DNA from: Octopus sinensis
Lineage: Eukaryota
Assembly: GCF_006345805.1 (NCBI RefSeq)
Contig: NC_043002.1
Location: forward strand, 114,142,001-114,206,000
Direction of reading: 5' to 3'
Length of the DNA stretch: 64,000 nucleotides
Both the position numbers and the translations under genes were made by a program. Positions 23,800-35,115 of this stretch are shown here, one piece after another (positions within the stretch are counted from its first letter, which is position 1; each line of letters opens with the position of its first letter). The notes under the pieces were generated by a model. It was given only the letters and a program-made list of their open reading frames with translations, did no database searches and was not told the origin of the DNA.

Positions 23800-25310
23800 T
23801 CTCTCCATTCATTTCCTCAGAGTTGACACTATCAATGTAGGCACATTGAAAGGTAGGTCAGGCAGCACTGGCAATGACCACACTCGAATGGTGCTTTTTA
23901 CATGCTGCCAGCACAGAAGACAGTCAGGCGGTACTGGCATCGACCATGCCAGAACTGTATGTCAGCATTAAAAAAGAAAATCCACAAATGGCAGACCATA
24001 TCTTTGTGGCCGGTGATTTCAGTGATCATGTTGGCCAGCACCTGGATGTCTTCAACATTATACATAGGGGCTATGAAATTTTTCCTGAAACAAGGAAGGA
24101 ACAGGGCTACAGGAGTTCTGTGATGTGAATAACCTCATGGTCTGCAACACCAACTTCAAGAAACCAGCCAGTAATCTGATAACCTACAAATCCAGTGACC
24201 AACACTAGTCAGATTGACTGCATTCTCACCAGAAAGTGAGATACATGGTTGCTTATAAATGCAAAGACCTTCCCTGGTGAAGAATGTACCCCTCCACAAT
24301 GGTTTGTCATGACTTCAGGTTAGGAGGATTCCAAGAAGCAGACCAGTCTGAAAACGAAGGATTTGGAAGCTTTAGAATCCTTTGAATAGTCAGTGATTTA
24401 GAGACGCCCTAATTGAGACATTTAATGAGGAAGAGCTATAGGCATGGAACAGAAGACAAGTTCCTATGGGTCAATTTACTAAATGCCACAGACCAAATGT
24501 GTGGATAGTGCAAAGTCCCAATCAGATCTAGTGTGGCATGGTAGAGGAGTGTGTAGTAGACAGGGCCATTGGAGCAAAGAAATATTCTTGGAAGAATGGT
24601 AGTAGCAGAAAGGAAGAAGTTTACCAACATTCTGTGGCATGAGGTGTTTCGAATTGTAAGACAGCGTCAGAGAGAATTGTGATGTAGGCAATGCGGAAGC
24701 TAGGGGGTAGATGGGAGTTGTACAAGCCATGCCCTCCAGGTAATAACAGAGGAATTTAATACTGGCTACTTTTTTTGAGTTCCTCTACACTGACGACCTT
24801 GTTCTTATAGCTGAATCAGTAAAAGAACTAGAAGAAATTTCAGGTAAGGAAGCAAAGTCTGGAGTTAAAATGGCCTCAGAGTTAATTTAGCAAAGAACAA
24901 AGTCCTAGTAAGAGGAAAACAGACAACTCACTGATCCCTTCAGGGAGATAGTCCTGCTCAATATGTAGGTGAAAGTTCCATATGGTGTACCCAGTGCAAG
25001 CTATAGACACATAAAAGGTGCAGTGGTGTAGTCATTACTTGCACCCTGAATTCTTTGCTATGCTTGTTGCTAACCTTCACCTTACTGACAACATCCCTTG
25101 TACAGCTCTCACCAACCACTCATCTATCCCTAGCTTTCGCATTGACCACTAAATAAGGAACATACAAGGGAATTCTTAGAAGTGGTAAACAGTTTCCCTT
25201 ACTTAGGTGACCAAATCAGCAGTGGAGGAGTCAGCTAAGAAAGCATAGCTGTTAGAATAAGAATGGGCTGGGCTAAGTTCAGCGAGTTGCTACTTTTGTT
25301 GATGAACACT
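23800..25310 (+). mobile_element. Heavily decayed, rearranged RTE LINE (APE endonuclease plus RT remnants)
   Basis: LRVDTINVGTLKGRSG, IFVAGDF.DHVG, SQIDCIL, FLYTDDLVLIAES, FPYLGDQ..RIRMGWAKF, with an inverted internal piece at ~25080-25160. Confidence 0.7.
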
Positions 25311-26439
25311 GAATGATGATTTTATACATATCACCATTGGTGACCGATAGTTCCATTGGTTACTGCTTTCCAACAGGAATTTCTGACAGTACAAGACAAG
25401 GGAGTGTATTTCAGTACAGAATAAAAACTAAGAATCTTATAGATCACCAATTTTTCTTGTTTTCTCATTGATGCTTATACCTTTCATTTGTTTACATTTA
25501 TATACACACATACAGAGTTGGTCAACCTAATGTAACATAGAAGACATTTGACTAAATTGTTCAGCAAACTTGGTATCAAATTGCAAAATGAACTTATATA
25601 ATACAATGCTAAAGTTTACTACCTTATCTGAACTGACAAGGGATTCCAAAACGTCCACTTTTCCATACTTGCATGCATTGGAGTTTATTCAGGCAGATTT
25701 TCTATGACCAGATGTCCTGTTGCCAACAGTTTCCAAGCAAGGTAATATTTCTCTATGGCCAGACGTATCCTTGCAGAATGTTGGAAATGAGATTTATGAT
25801 TACAAATGTCAAGACAAACAAGCACACATGACAGGTTTCTTTGTTTCTGTCTATCAAATCCTCTTACAAAAGTTAGGTCAGTCCAGGACAACAGAAGACA
25901 CTTGTCAAGAGCATCATGCAGTGGGACTGAACCAGAAATTATGTGTCACTGGTATATATTTTTTACTCCTGGCCTTCACCAACGACACTTATATCTGCTA
26001 TGTTCTGTTATAAAATGTTAGTCTCCCCTACCATAAGTATGTATTGTGTTAACCCTATTTATGAATAGCCACAAATTTTTTTTTTAACGTACCCCTTATC
26101 AATGCCATTCAAAATATGATTTGCAAAATGAAACCATTCTATTTGAAGTAGATACTTAGAACACTTGAAGGGGGAAAAAACAACAACAGATGAAATGTTA
26201 AATTTACAATTTATTTGAGAAATATTGTAAAATATTGTAACTTGAGAGAAATTAAAATAACATGAATTTGAAAACAGTTAATATCTAGAAGTAAAATAAG
26301 ACCCAATCCTTAAGGCTTTCAATAACCTGCATGCAATGTAAGATGAAGTACTCCCAAGTTAGGAATTATAAAGAAAAAAGCTGATCATTATTGTGTGTGT
26401 GTGTATATGTATATATACATAATATACATATATACATAT

Positions 26440-26650
26440 TCTTTTCTACTCTAGGCACAAAGCCCAAAATTTTGGGGATGAGGCCAGTCGATTAGATCGA
26501 CCCCAGTAAACAACTGGTACTTAATTTTTCGACCTCAAAAGGATGAAAGGCAAAGTCGACCTTGGTGGAATTTGAACTCAGAACGTAAAGACAGACGAAA
26601 TACCATTAAGCATTTCGCCCGCCGTGCTAACGATTCTGCCAGCTCGCCTT
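26440..26650 (-). mobile_element. tRNA-derived SINE family C
   Basis: Reverse complement of the 58002 element (GGCGAGCTGGCAGAATCGTTAGCAC..GAGTTCAAATTCC). Confidence 0.75.
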
Positions 26651-27074
26651 ATTGAAGACCAGCAGTCTTCCCATGCATACCAACCTCCCCTCTCCACGCC
26701 ACCAGTGTTACCCAAGGGAAAGGCAAAGGCCGATACAGCTTGGCGCGTGCACACACACACATAAAGTGTAAGATTTAACTGATTAGCATTAGCTATTTAA
26801 AATTGCCTTAAAACTTAATCTTATTAAGAATGTTACATAAAAAGCAAAGATTTTGTAAGAGAATGCTATAAATTTAATTATCTTCATAGAAGATGTTAAT
26901 CTGTTATTACCTCCCCTTACACTGTGGTTTACTTTATGTACAGCAGTAAATATTTATAGCTGGTCAGGTACACAAAAGGTATACAAAAGAAAACACCACC
27001 ATTGGATTTAGAGTTAGTCATCTTTAATCAGAGACTGGTTGCCAAAGCAATTCAAAATCTGAATCAGCCAGATG

Positions 27075-27090
27075 TAATAAATAATAAATA
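27075..27090 (-). promoter_or_regulatory. AU-rich element in the putative PPP1R15 3'UTR
   Basis: Minus strand reads UAUUUAUUAUUUAUUA (contains the UUAUUUAUU nonamer), ~380 nt after the stop codon. Confidence 0.45.
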
Positions 27091-27469
27091 GCTCTGAGAC
27101 CAGATATATTAATTAACTGTTGCTTGCTACATACATGTAATGAGAGAGAGAGGTGATGTGTCATGAAAGACACACCACCACTTCCAACACCAACCACAAT
27201 GTTGAGTTAGTAGTAATTTAAATATTAGGTCAAAGTTTATATGATCTACAAAGCTCCAAAAGACCATCACATGAAATGTTTTCTTTTTAGTTTAATTACA
27301 AAAATATTTCATTTTGTATCACAGAATGCTTCAATGATGACATTTAAGATGATGTCCATTTGATAGTTGTCTGTATGTGACAAGATTGCATTTAACAGTC
27401 TGTAATGTAGTTTCACCTAAACAAAAATACAATAAGTCTTCAGTTAGGGAAATTCTTTACTAGATGCAT

Positions 27470-27691
27470 TTAGTAATGTTCATATTTCTTCCGAAGAGCC
27501 AAGATCTTCAGTCTGTGACAAGGATCTAAAATTGGTTTCAACACTTGCTCAGTGTTTTCTATCCGACATCGGAACCTCTCTGAATCAATATGAATTTGTA
27601 CCCATTCACCTTTACGGGCAGCTTGGTAGGCATAGCTCCATGCAAACATAAGGTGCTTGGTTTCTAACTTCTCATCAGCAGCAAAACGAAC
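27470..27691 (-). CDS. PPP1R15: PPP1R15 (GADD34/CReP-like) coding exon 2: PP1/eIF2alpha/actin-binding core
   Basis: Acceptor TTTTCCTCCACAG|GTT. VRFAADEKLETKHLMFAWSYAYQAARKGEWVQIHIDSERFRCRIENTEQVLKPILDPCHR matches the GADD34/ICP34.5 core (KVRF..W...A.AAR.G.W....D..RF..RI....L.P.L). Confidence 0.92.
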   Translation of the reverse strand, partial: VRFAADEKLETKHLMFAWSYAYQAARKGEWVQIHIDSERFRCRIENTEQVLKPILDPCHRLKILALRKKYEHY

Positions 27692-28522
27692 CTGTGGAGG
27701 AAAAACAGTAATATGAAAATAAAAGATCAATTTCAGGGAAAGCAAACTAACACCACACTATTTCAATATTATTACCAGCAAAGTGCTGAAAGTATTTTTC
27801 AGCTTAATTCCCAGATGAATACATCAGAGTATGTGAACAATGAACATTTACCTTTCTGGCATATATGTATCTAAAAATATAGACCGATTTACATAGCAGT
27901 GATGGTAACATTATGGTCAAGCATGAATAAGCCCGATAGCTTTATAGTCCACTGTGCTTATAGGTGGAATAAAATACACCTGAAAACAAGATTCAGCACT
28001 AGAAACAGCCACAGCCATAGAACTCAAAAGTTTGGTTCAACCCATATCATTATAGGAAAAACAAAGATTGTTTAAAACGACTTCAAAAAACAAGACTTAC
28101 CCCTACATTTGAACAAGCAATACTGCTCTAGTCAATGGCAGATATACAAAACATAAAAATGGTGCTTATTATATTTTAGCCTTCACAATTTATTCAAGTG
28201 ATTTTGAAGATTTGTCATCCCATCATTATTCATACCTTTATTATCATCATCGAGTTTAATGTCTGCTTTCCATGCTGGCCTGGGTTGAACAGTTTGACAG
28301 AACTGGCAAGCCCGGAGGCTGCACTAGGGTCCAATCTGATTTGGCAAGGTTTCTAAAACTGGATGCCCTTCCTAATGCCAACCACTCCAAGAGTGTAGTG
28401 GGTGCATTTTACATGCCAGTCAGGCAGCACTATTATCACCCAGGACTACAATTTCACTCGGTTCAACAGATTTTCACAAGCATAACATACAAACCCAACA
28501 GAAGATAGGTGGAGCAGAGATG

Positions 28523-29274
28523 GGATCTTTTCCTTTTGAACGGCACTTTGTAACATAATTTCTAGGTAACTAAAAAGTTTTAAACTTCGTATATTGTAAA
28601 ATGTGTTTATAAAACATAATTTTCTCTTGGTTTTATTGAGAAAATTCTATAGGTTGTAAGATTTTCATCTTTAATTTCGGCAATTTTAACCAATCGCTGG
28701 AGTCCATTTAGGTAAATAACATTATGTGCATAATGAACATGTCCCTCCTTTAAGAAACAGATTGGGTTTATTTATATTTGTGAAGAAAAAAAAGATACCC
28801 TTCCCCAACCCTAAATCTAAAATAGATTGAAATGCAATAGATCAATACTAGGGCCATAATTATGGGTGACAATTTCATTTGACACCGCTAGAAAAAAATC
28901 CCATTTTCCATAGCGATGTTGTATGAAATTGTCACCCATAATTATAACCCTAGTATCGATCTATTGCATTTCATTCTATTTTAGATTTAGGGTGAGAGTT
29001 AGGGGTGGGGGAAGGGTATCTTTTTTCTTCACAAATGTAAATAAACCCAATCTGTTTCTTTAAAGGAGGGACATATTCATTATGCACAGAATGTTTACCT
29101 AAATGGAGGTAATCGATTGGTTAAAATTGCCGAAATGTTACAACATACAGAATTTTCTCAATAAAACCAAGAAAAAATGATGTTTTATAAACACATTCTA
29201 CCAGTATATGAAGTTTAAAAGTGTTTAGTTAACTAGAAATTGTGTTGAAAAGTGCCGTTCAAAAGGAAAAGATC
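28523..29274. mobile_element. Near-palindromic Mutator-like MITE (~370-bp arms) in the PPP1R15 intron
   Basis: GGATCTTTTCCTTTTGAACGGCAC .. GTGCCGTTCAAAAGGAAAAGATC. 9-bp direct repeat GCAGAGATG at 28514..28522 and 29275..29283. Termini related to the 2848 element. Confidence 0.88.
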
Positions 29275-30390
29275 GCAGAGATGTTTGTATATTTGAAGGA
29301 GAACATGTATTTCTACTTGTGAATCCTTTATATCACAAATAGAAATACAATGGCAACTTAATTGAGTTCCACTATAGCCCCGGGCCGATTAAAGCTTTGC
29401 AAGTGGATTTAATAGATGGATACTGAAAGAAGCCAGTCATTTATGTCTGTCCCCCCACCACCACTCAACAACCAGGGGTGGTTTGTTTACGTCTCTGCAA
29501 CTTAGCGGTTCGATCGAAGATTCCGATAAAATAGTACTGAAATGGGCGGAGTTCTGGTTTAAACATCCTATAAAACCCCTTACATTTTTTAGGAATTATC
29601 ATAAAATTTTAGCGAATTTTAGGCCATCTATTTTAGTTTTGAAGAGAAAGATGTCTGTGCCTGTATGTTATGTATACGTGCATACATAAATACATAGACC
29701 TTTTGTGTGTGTGTGTGTGCCACTTAGACATACATGAGAACACACATATACACTCTCTCTAAAATAATATTTTTTTTACGGAATCCCACGTTTCCGGCTA
29801 TAGAAATTCCGATTCTGAATTTTTTTTTCCAAAAATAGCAACTTCAAATTTCTGTCCCCCCCCCCACCACCCATTCTTCATTTTCCACCTTTTCCGGAAT
29901 TTTCTTATGCGAAATACATAGAATACGGGGATTATGATTCTAAAAATAAATTGTAAGATTTCAATTTTTCGGGGGGCCTTGGCCATCAAGCAGGCCACCC
30001 ACGTGCTAGAAATAACAGCCAAATCTAAAAAAACTGCGATTATATAATTCTTGAATTGAAATATTTTACAAACAATACTTTTTCAGAATCATAATCTCCG
30101 TATTTTTCTAGGAAAGACTCAAAATGAAGTCTTGCCGTTTTCTACGTATCTAAAGAAAAAAAAAAAAAACTAATTTCTAATTTTTCACTTTTTTCAGAAA
30201 TATTTTCTTCTACGAAATATGTAGAAAAATAGAAGACTGGGGGAAAAAAATGTATAATTTTAATTTTTCAAAAATAAACACTCCCACCACTGACAGGCGA
30301 GGTTGAATGTCTTTTGGAATCAAGAGACTTATGTAACAATTAGTGTTTTGCACACACACACACACACAACAAAATGACATTTAAATTTTG

Positions 30391-30595
30391 TTTTTTCGTA
30401 ATTCGTATTTAGAAAGTGGCTGTTGTTTCTAGCTTGTCAGACTTTCCGGTTGGAGCGTACGTAAAAGATTTTGAAAACCCCCAAAACACGTTTTCAAAAT
30501 CTTCAATCTTAAGTACGCTCCAACCGGAAAGTCCGACAAGCTAGAAACAACAGCCAAACCGAAGATCCACTTGCTAAATACGAATTATCAAAAAA
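30391..30595. repeat. Inverted repeat / hairpin MITE-like element
   Basis: TGGCTGTTGTTTCTAGCTTGTCAGACTTTCCGGTTGGAGCGTAC pairs with GTACGCTCCAACCGGAAAGTCCGACAAGCTAGAAACAACAGCCA. Outer TAATTCGTATTTAG/CTAAATACGAATTA. Confidence 0.8.
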
Positions 30596-31782
30596 GAAAT
30601 AATTTTTTTAAAATCCCTGAAGAAAGTGAAGAATTGGTGGGATGGGAATACAAATTTTGAAATGCCGTTTTTTGCAGATTAGAATCTTCGCAGTCAAAAA
30701 GGAGGGGGAACCAACTACGAATACGCAAAAAAAAAACCCCCCAACTAATTTCACCCCCTCTCCATTTAAAATTTTGAATGTCTTCCTGGAGCTAAATAGA
30801 TCAGTAACACTACGTATTCTTTACTTTCGCCCATTAATGTTTACGGGGAGAAAACTATTCAAAACAATATGTCAGATTGACAAAGAAACCAGGAAGGTAT
30901 TGGGTGGTCGTGAGTTGTGCAAAATCGTCCTTAAATCACACATACCCCACCCACAAAAACGTATGAATTCCTGTGTGGAGAATACAGATTCGCAAAACTT
31001 TACTGGAAATTTCAGAAAATAAAGTTTTGAGGTGTTATATCGGGTGCTTAAACTAGAATTCCGCCAAAAATCCTATTCTTCCGTGTTTAAAATAAATTAA
31101 AGGTTCTTCATAACAGAAAAGTCACAAAGAGAGAGAGAGAGAGAGTACTTATTTGGAGACAATTTTAAGCAATACATAACTAATCTTGTAGCAGCGTACA
31201 GAACCAAAACTTTTTGTTATTCTGAAAAGAAGAGTAAAAGTAGAATATTGAAGCAGTTACCCAATTCATAAAATGGGCGCGGTCCATTTTACAACAGATC
31301 TACTGCGCACTTGTTTAGGCGGAAGGGAAGAAAGGATTGTGGAGGGGAAACATTATTAATTAAGCCAAAGTTGTTCCGGAGTTCACTTGTAATAGTTCTT
31401 TACGACACGATAAATCTGGAGTTTTCGACAAAATTCCTTCGTCAAGTGTGTTACCTCAAAAGTTCCGGAAAAATTAAGATTTTTCTACAATTATTTTTCG
31501 TGGGGGAGGAGAAAGAAGAAATAGAGAAAAATTTCCGAATTATTCACACGAATGTCGACTATTTCCTTATAGCTTTCAGAAAGATGGGTAATATTAAACG
31601 AAATTTCCCACAAATACCTTTCAGATAATGTACATTACAATTACATACGAATTCAACGCGAAAATAATACACAAAAGAAATTGTGACACATATTACATAG
31701 GTACAAAGGCTTGAACATTTTTAGCCCCCACCCCACGGACATACAATTTCGATGTGATCATAATCCACACCATGTGAAATGC

Positions 31783-31976
31783 GGTACTACTTGCGAACAG
31801 AGGTCCCGGTGCGCGCATCCGCGCTAGCTAGTCATGACGAGTCGATCCTACAACGACTTCCTAGCAAAGTAGATAAAATACAAAATAAATAATTTTTTAA
31901 ACAAAGTAAGGATCGACTAGTTATGACTAGTAGCGCTGATACGCGAGTGCGCGCACCGGGACCACTGTTCTCAAAG
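31783..31976. mobile_element. Short TIR element (MITE)
   Basis: GAACAGAGGTCCCGGTGCGCGCA..CTAGTCATGACGAGTCGATCCT pairs with AGGATCGACTAGTTATGACTAG..TGCGCGCACCGGGACCACTGTTC. Confidence 0.75.
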
Positions 31977-32275
31977 TTATGAGGAAACAAATTCAGAGAA
32001 GGCAGGTGAGAGGAGGTATGCCTAATTAATTACAAATTATTTTGTAATGCCGATATTAAACTGGAAAATTTCGGACTCCCATATATTAGCAAGTTACTGT
32101 TAAGTTTTAATGTGCTGAAATTTCCAAATGAACTTTTGAAAATTTTCAGCACTGTTGCTGTTTCCAAGATGAGAAGCACAAAAAATATAGAGAAGAAAAA
32201 TAGATATGAAAGAGTGGAGGGAAATATACTATAAACCGGAACTAAATTGTATTGAAGCCCCCCCCCCCCAGCTAG

Positions 32276-32619
32276 TTTTATATATAAAAGTGAGGTTGTG
32301 TAGTGTCTGTCTCCTACGATTTAGATTCCTAACTACTCCCACATTTTGCGGTGCAGTTTAACCAAAACCGGGTATCTTATAGTCGTGGTTCATATCGATG
32401 AGTCTACAATTAAAAAAAAAAATTTACCATCATTTTTTTCCCATTTTAATGCATTTTTTCGCTATTATATAAGGGAAGTAACTCTCTAAAAATGTCTACG
32501 ATGGGACGATTAAAAAAAAATTTACCATAATTTTTTTGCTATTTTTTGGCTATAACTCTAAAAATGCTTATATAGTTATTTCCCTTACAAACCCGAGCAA
32601 CGCCGGGCGATACTGCTAG
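32276..32619 (+). mobile_element. Non-autonomous Helitron
   Basis: 3' end CCCGAGCAACGCCGGG hairpin plus CTAG|T. Homologous to the copies at 35630 and 40402. Confidence 0.8.
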
Positions 32620-33487
32620 TTTTTATATATTAAAAAAAAAAGCAGCCTTTCTTTCAATGTTTACACAAAAGAAGACAAATAATTTAAATAGAGGGAGTGC
32701 TTGATTAATATATTGAAAGTGTAAGAGATGGTGGCTGCGGAGGAATTCATTTAGACAGTGTGTGCTGCGGTTAAACTGCGCAGGAATATCTTTTGAACGT
32801 GTCAAGTGCGCGCCCTACTTTCCCCCCCAAATTAAAAAATGTCGAAGAAATTCACCGGCGCCATTTTTACTTTTCGATAATTTCTTCGGGTTTTTTTTCT
32901 TTTTTTTGCTGTCAACACGAAAAATTGGAATTCCAAAAAAAACAAAAACCCCCGTCTTTGAGCTCGGACTATGTACTTTGAAAGGAGTTATTTCCATTGA
33001 TTAGCTAACATTAATGTTAATTAGTATTAATAGAATCCTAATGAGGGAGAGATAGGAGGGAAACCCAAAATCCCCAGCTCGACCCTTAATCTGATAAAAA
33101 AAAGACAAAAAAATCGTAGTCAGTCGAAGAGGAGGACATGCAAAATGCTGCATCCGTTTGAGGGCCACGGAATTATATTCCGCTTTGTGAACTGTTATTA
33201 GATCAGCTTAAAATAGGTTGAACAAACGTTTCACATGATTTTCTCCCACCAAGAGTGAATGAACAACTGCAATTAAAGCAATTTAGGCGAAAAACAGTTT
33301 GAAATTACAGGGCAAATGTAAGAAATGCTGATTGAAAGAACCCAGCTGCTAATATAAAGAGAAATAAAAATTAGATTAATTCGTATAATATTCAAATATA
33401 CAACATATGGCATTCAATGGTTTACAGAAAAGAAATTACAATATATGTTGGCGTGAAATTTTTAAGGAAGTAATAAGAATATTCTAC

Positions 33488-34429
33488 CTTAGCAGCTTTT
33501 TGATGTTGTGTGTCGGTGTCCGGATAGACTTGGTTCCATCTGTGGTTGGCTTTTCCGACGGAATTCGGAATAACGGAGTCTGTAGTTTCAGTTTTTGTAT
33601 TTTGAGTATTTTCAAACAGTTTATTGAAAGAAAAGCAAGGAGTATCAGAGAACAAGATATCATCATCGCAGTCATCATCACTCACACAATCATCACTATC
33701 ACACTCATCATCATCCTCATCATCGCTGTCCACCAGCTGGAAAACGGTTTTCCAAAATGGAACGTCTTTGGTACAGGGTAAACCGTTACAAATTGGGTCT
33801 GAATTGAAATCCCAATTCTCCTCACTGCTCGCATCATCAAAAGAGAAATGTCCATCATCATCGCTGTCCTGGCCATCATGAACAGAGCTGTGCAGATCAG
33901 AAAAAGAGTCTAAATTAGTGGAGTTCATTGGACTTTTGTTGCTCGGACTGAATGACCAGTCGTACTCGCTTTCCTGGGGGAATACTTCTTCGTCTGAAGG
34001 GTTTTCTAACGAGTTAGATTCACTAATAAGACTATCGTATTCAATAGCTAAGTCGAATGGGGGGCAATTAAGATCATCGCTTATAGGGGTGAACAGGACG
34101 GGGTCGGCAATGGGACCACCGTCCGCGGACTTCGCATGCTGTCGGTTCATCTCAATGTTTTTTGTGTTCAATATACGGCTTATGTTGCTGTGGGTGCAGT
34201 CGCCGCAGTTGAGCTGCATAAACAGCATATGTCTTTGTAAATGCACGACACTTAACTTGGCAATAAAGTCTATCAGGGAATCGACTTTGGACGATTCTGG
34301 GGAGCCGCAATAAGTGAAGTCTCCTTCCCTGGGTGTCGTAGTCGTCCTCAGCTGACACACTTCAGGACCCGCCATCTCATGACATGCTTCGTAAGAACTA
34401 AATGGATTTATTAAAGCAGGTGGTGCCAT
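33488..34429 (-). CDS. PPP1R15: PPP1R15 coding exon 1 (acidic/PEST-rich N-terminal region)
   Basis: ATG in strong context (GCAATGG), MAPPALINPF..; D/E/S-rich tracts. Ends ..ANHRWNQVY..HQKAAK with phase-0 donor AAG|GTAGAA. Splicing to 27691 creates the RVxF motif KVRF. Confidence 0.85.
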
Positions 34430-34474
34430 TGCGATGCGAAATCCAATAATCAAATGCGATTTAGATGTGTTTTT

Positions 34475-34783
34475 TCAGAAATTGTTTTGAATGCAGTTTT
34501 GGTGATGGTCAACGAATGTAGCATCAGAAGTGTTTTTGTGGAGTTTGTGACAGGGTGGAAAGGAATATTGGAGCCAATATCTATCGAGTTTATTCCAGTA
34601 TTCATCTGTGTAATTGACTTTTGTCATGAAATATTGAGAATCGTCATTTTCAGTTGAGCTGAAATGTTTAAAGTCATCGGCGAACAAAGTAGACGAAAAA
34701 TCAAGATCTGAGCATAGTGCGGAACATAATACATCCATTTCTGTGATAAATATAAATCCAATTAGAGAAAGTAGACTTTGCAT
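34475..34783 (-). CDS. Long upstream ORF of PPP1R15 (102 aa from ATG 34783, or 87 aa from ATG 34738)
   Basis: MDVLCSALCSDLDF..DEYWNKLDRYWLQYSFPPCHK..QNNF*. Lies between the predicted TSS and the main ATG and ends 45 nt before it. uORF control is established for PPP1R15A/B. Confidence 0.55.
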   Translation of the reverse strand: MQSLLSLIGFIFITEMDVLCSALCSDLDFSSTLFADDFKHFSSTENDDSQYFMTKVNYTDEYWNKLDRYWLQYSFPPCHKLHKNTSDATFVDHHQNCIQNNF

Positions 34784-34826
34784 GAAACAAAAGTATCGAT
34801 TGTCGAAATTATTGAGCGGAGAAGAT

Positions 34827-34856
34827 TTAATCACGAAGCATTTGTATTCCTTTCAT
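34827..34856 (-). CDS. Short upstream ORF1 of PPP1R15 (MKGIQMLRD*)
   Basis: First ATG 11 nt after the predicted TSS; TAA at 34829..34827. Confidence 0.4.
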   Translation of the reverse strand: MKGIQMLRD

Positions 34857-34864
34857 ATTTTGGG

Positions 34865-34898
34865 AGTGACGCGGTCGACGGAAGTCGCGCTATTTATA
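34865..34898 (-). promoter_or_regulatory. Core promoter of PPP1R15: TATA box plus Initiator
   Basis: Minus-strand TATAAATA (34898..34891) in a CpG-rich patch. TCACT Inr-like motif with its A at 34867, 31 nt from the first T of the TATA box. Confidence 0.65.
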
Positions 34899-35115
34899 GT
34901 CGGCGCATTGATTTTTAATCAAGCACAGAAAATAGTTCCACATTAAAAATCAAAAATAACTAAAATTTCTCATTTTAGAAAAATACTAGACTTTGCATTT
35001 TCAAGTAACTAATATGAACTCTACTATTAAATTATATGAAACAAAAAAAAATTTCCACAAATTATTTCCTGTCGACGAAAACGAAATTTTGAAAATTTAA
35101 CATGGCTGCCCGGTT

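Noticed and set aside
34475-34477. In-frame UGA as selenocysteine
   Set aside because: No SECIS recognised downstream of the gene and no Cys/Sec redox context.
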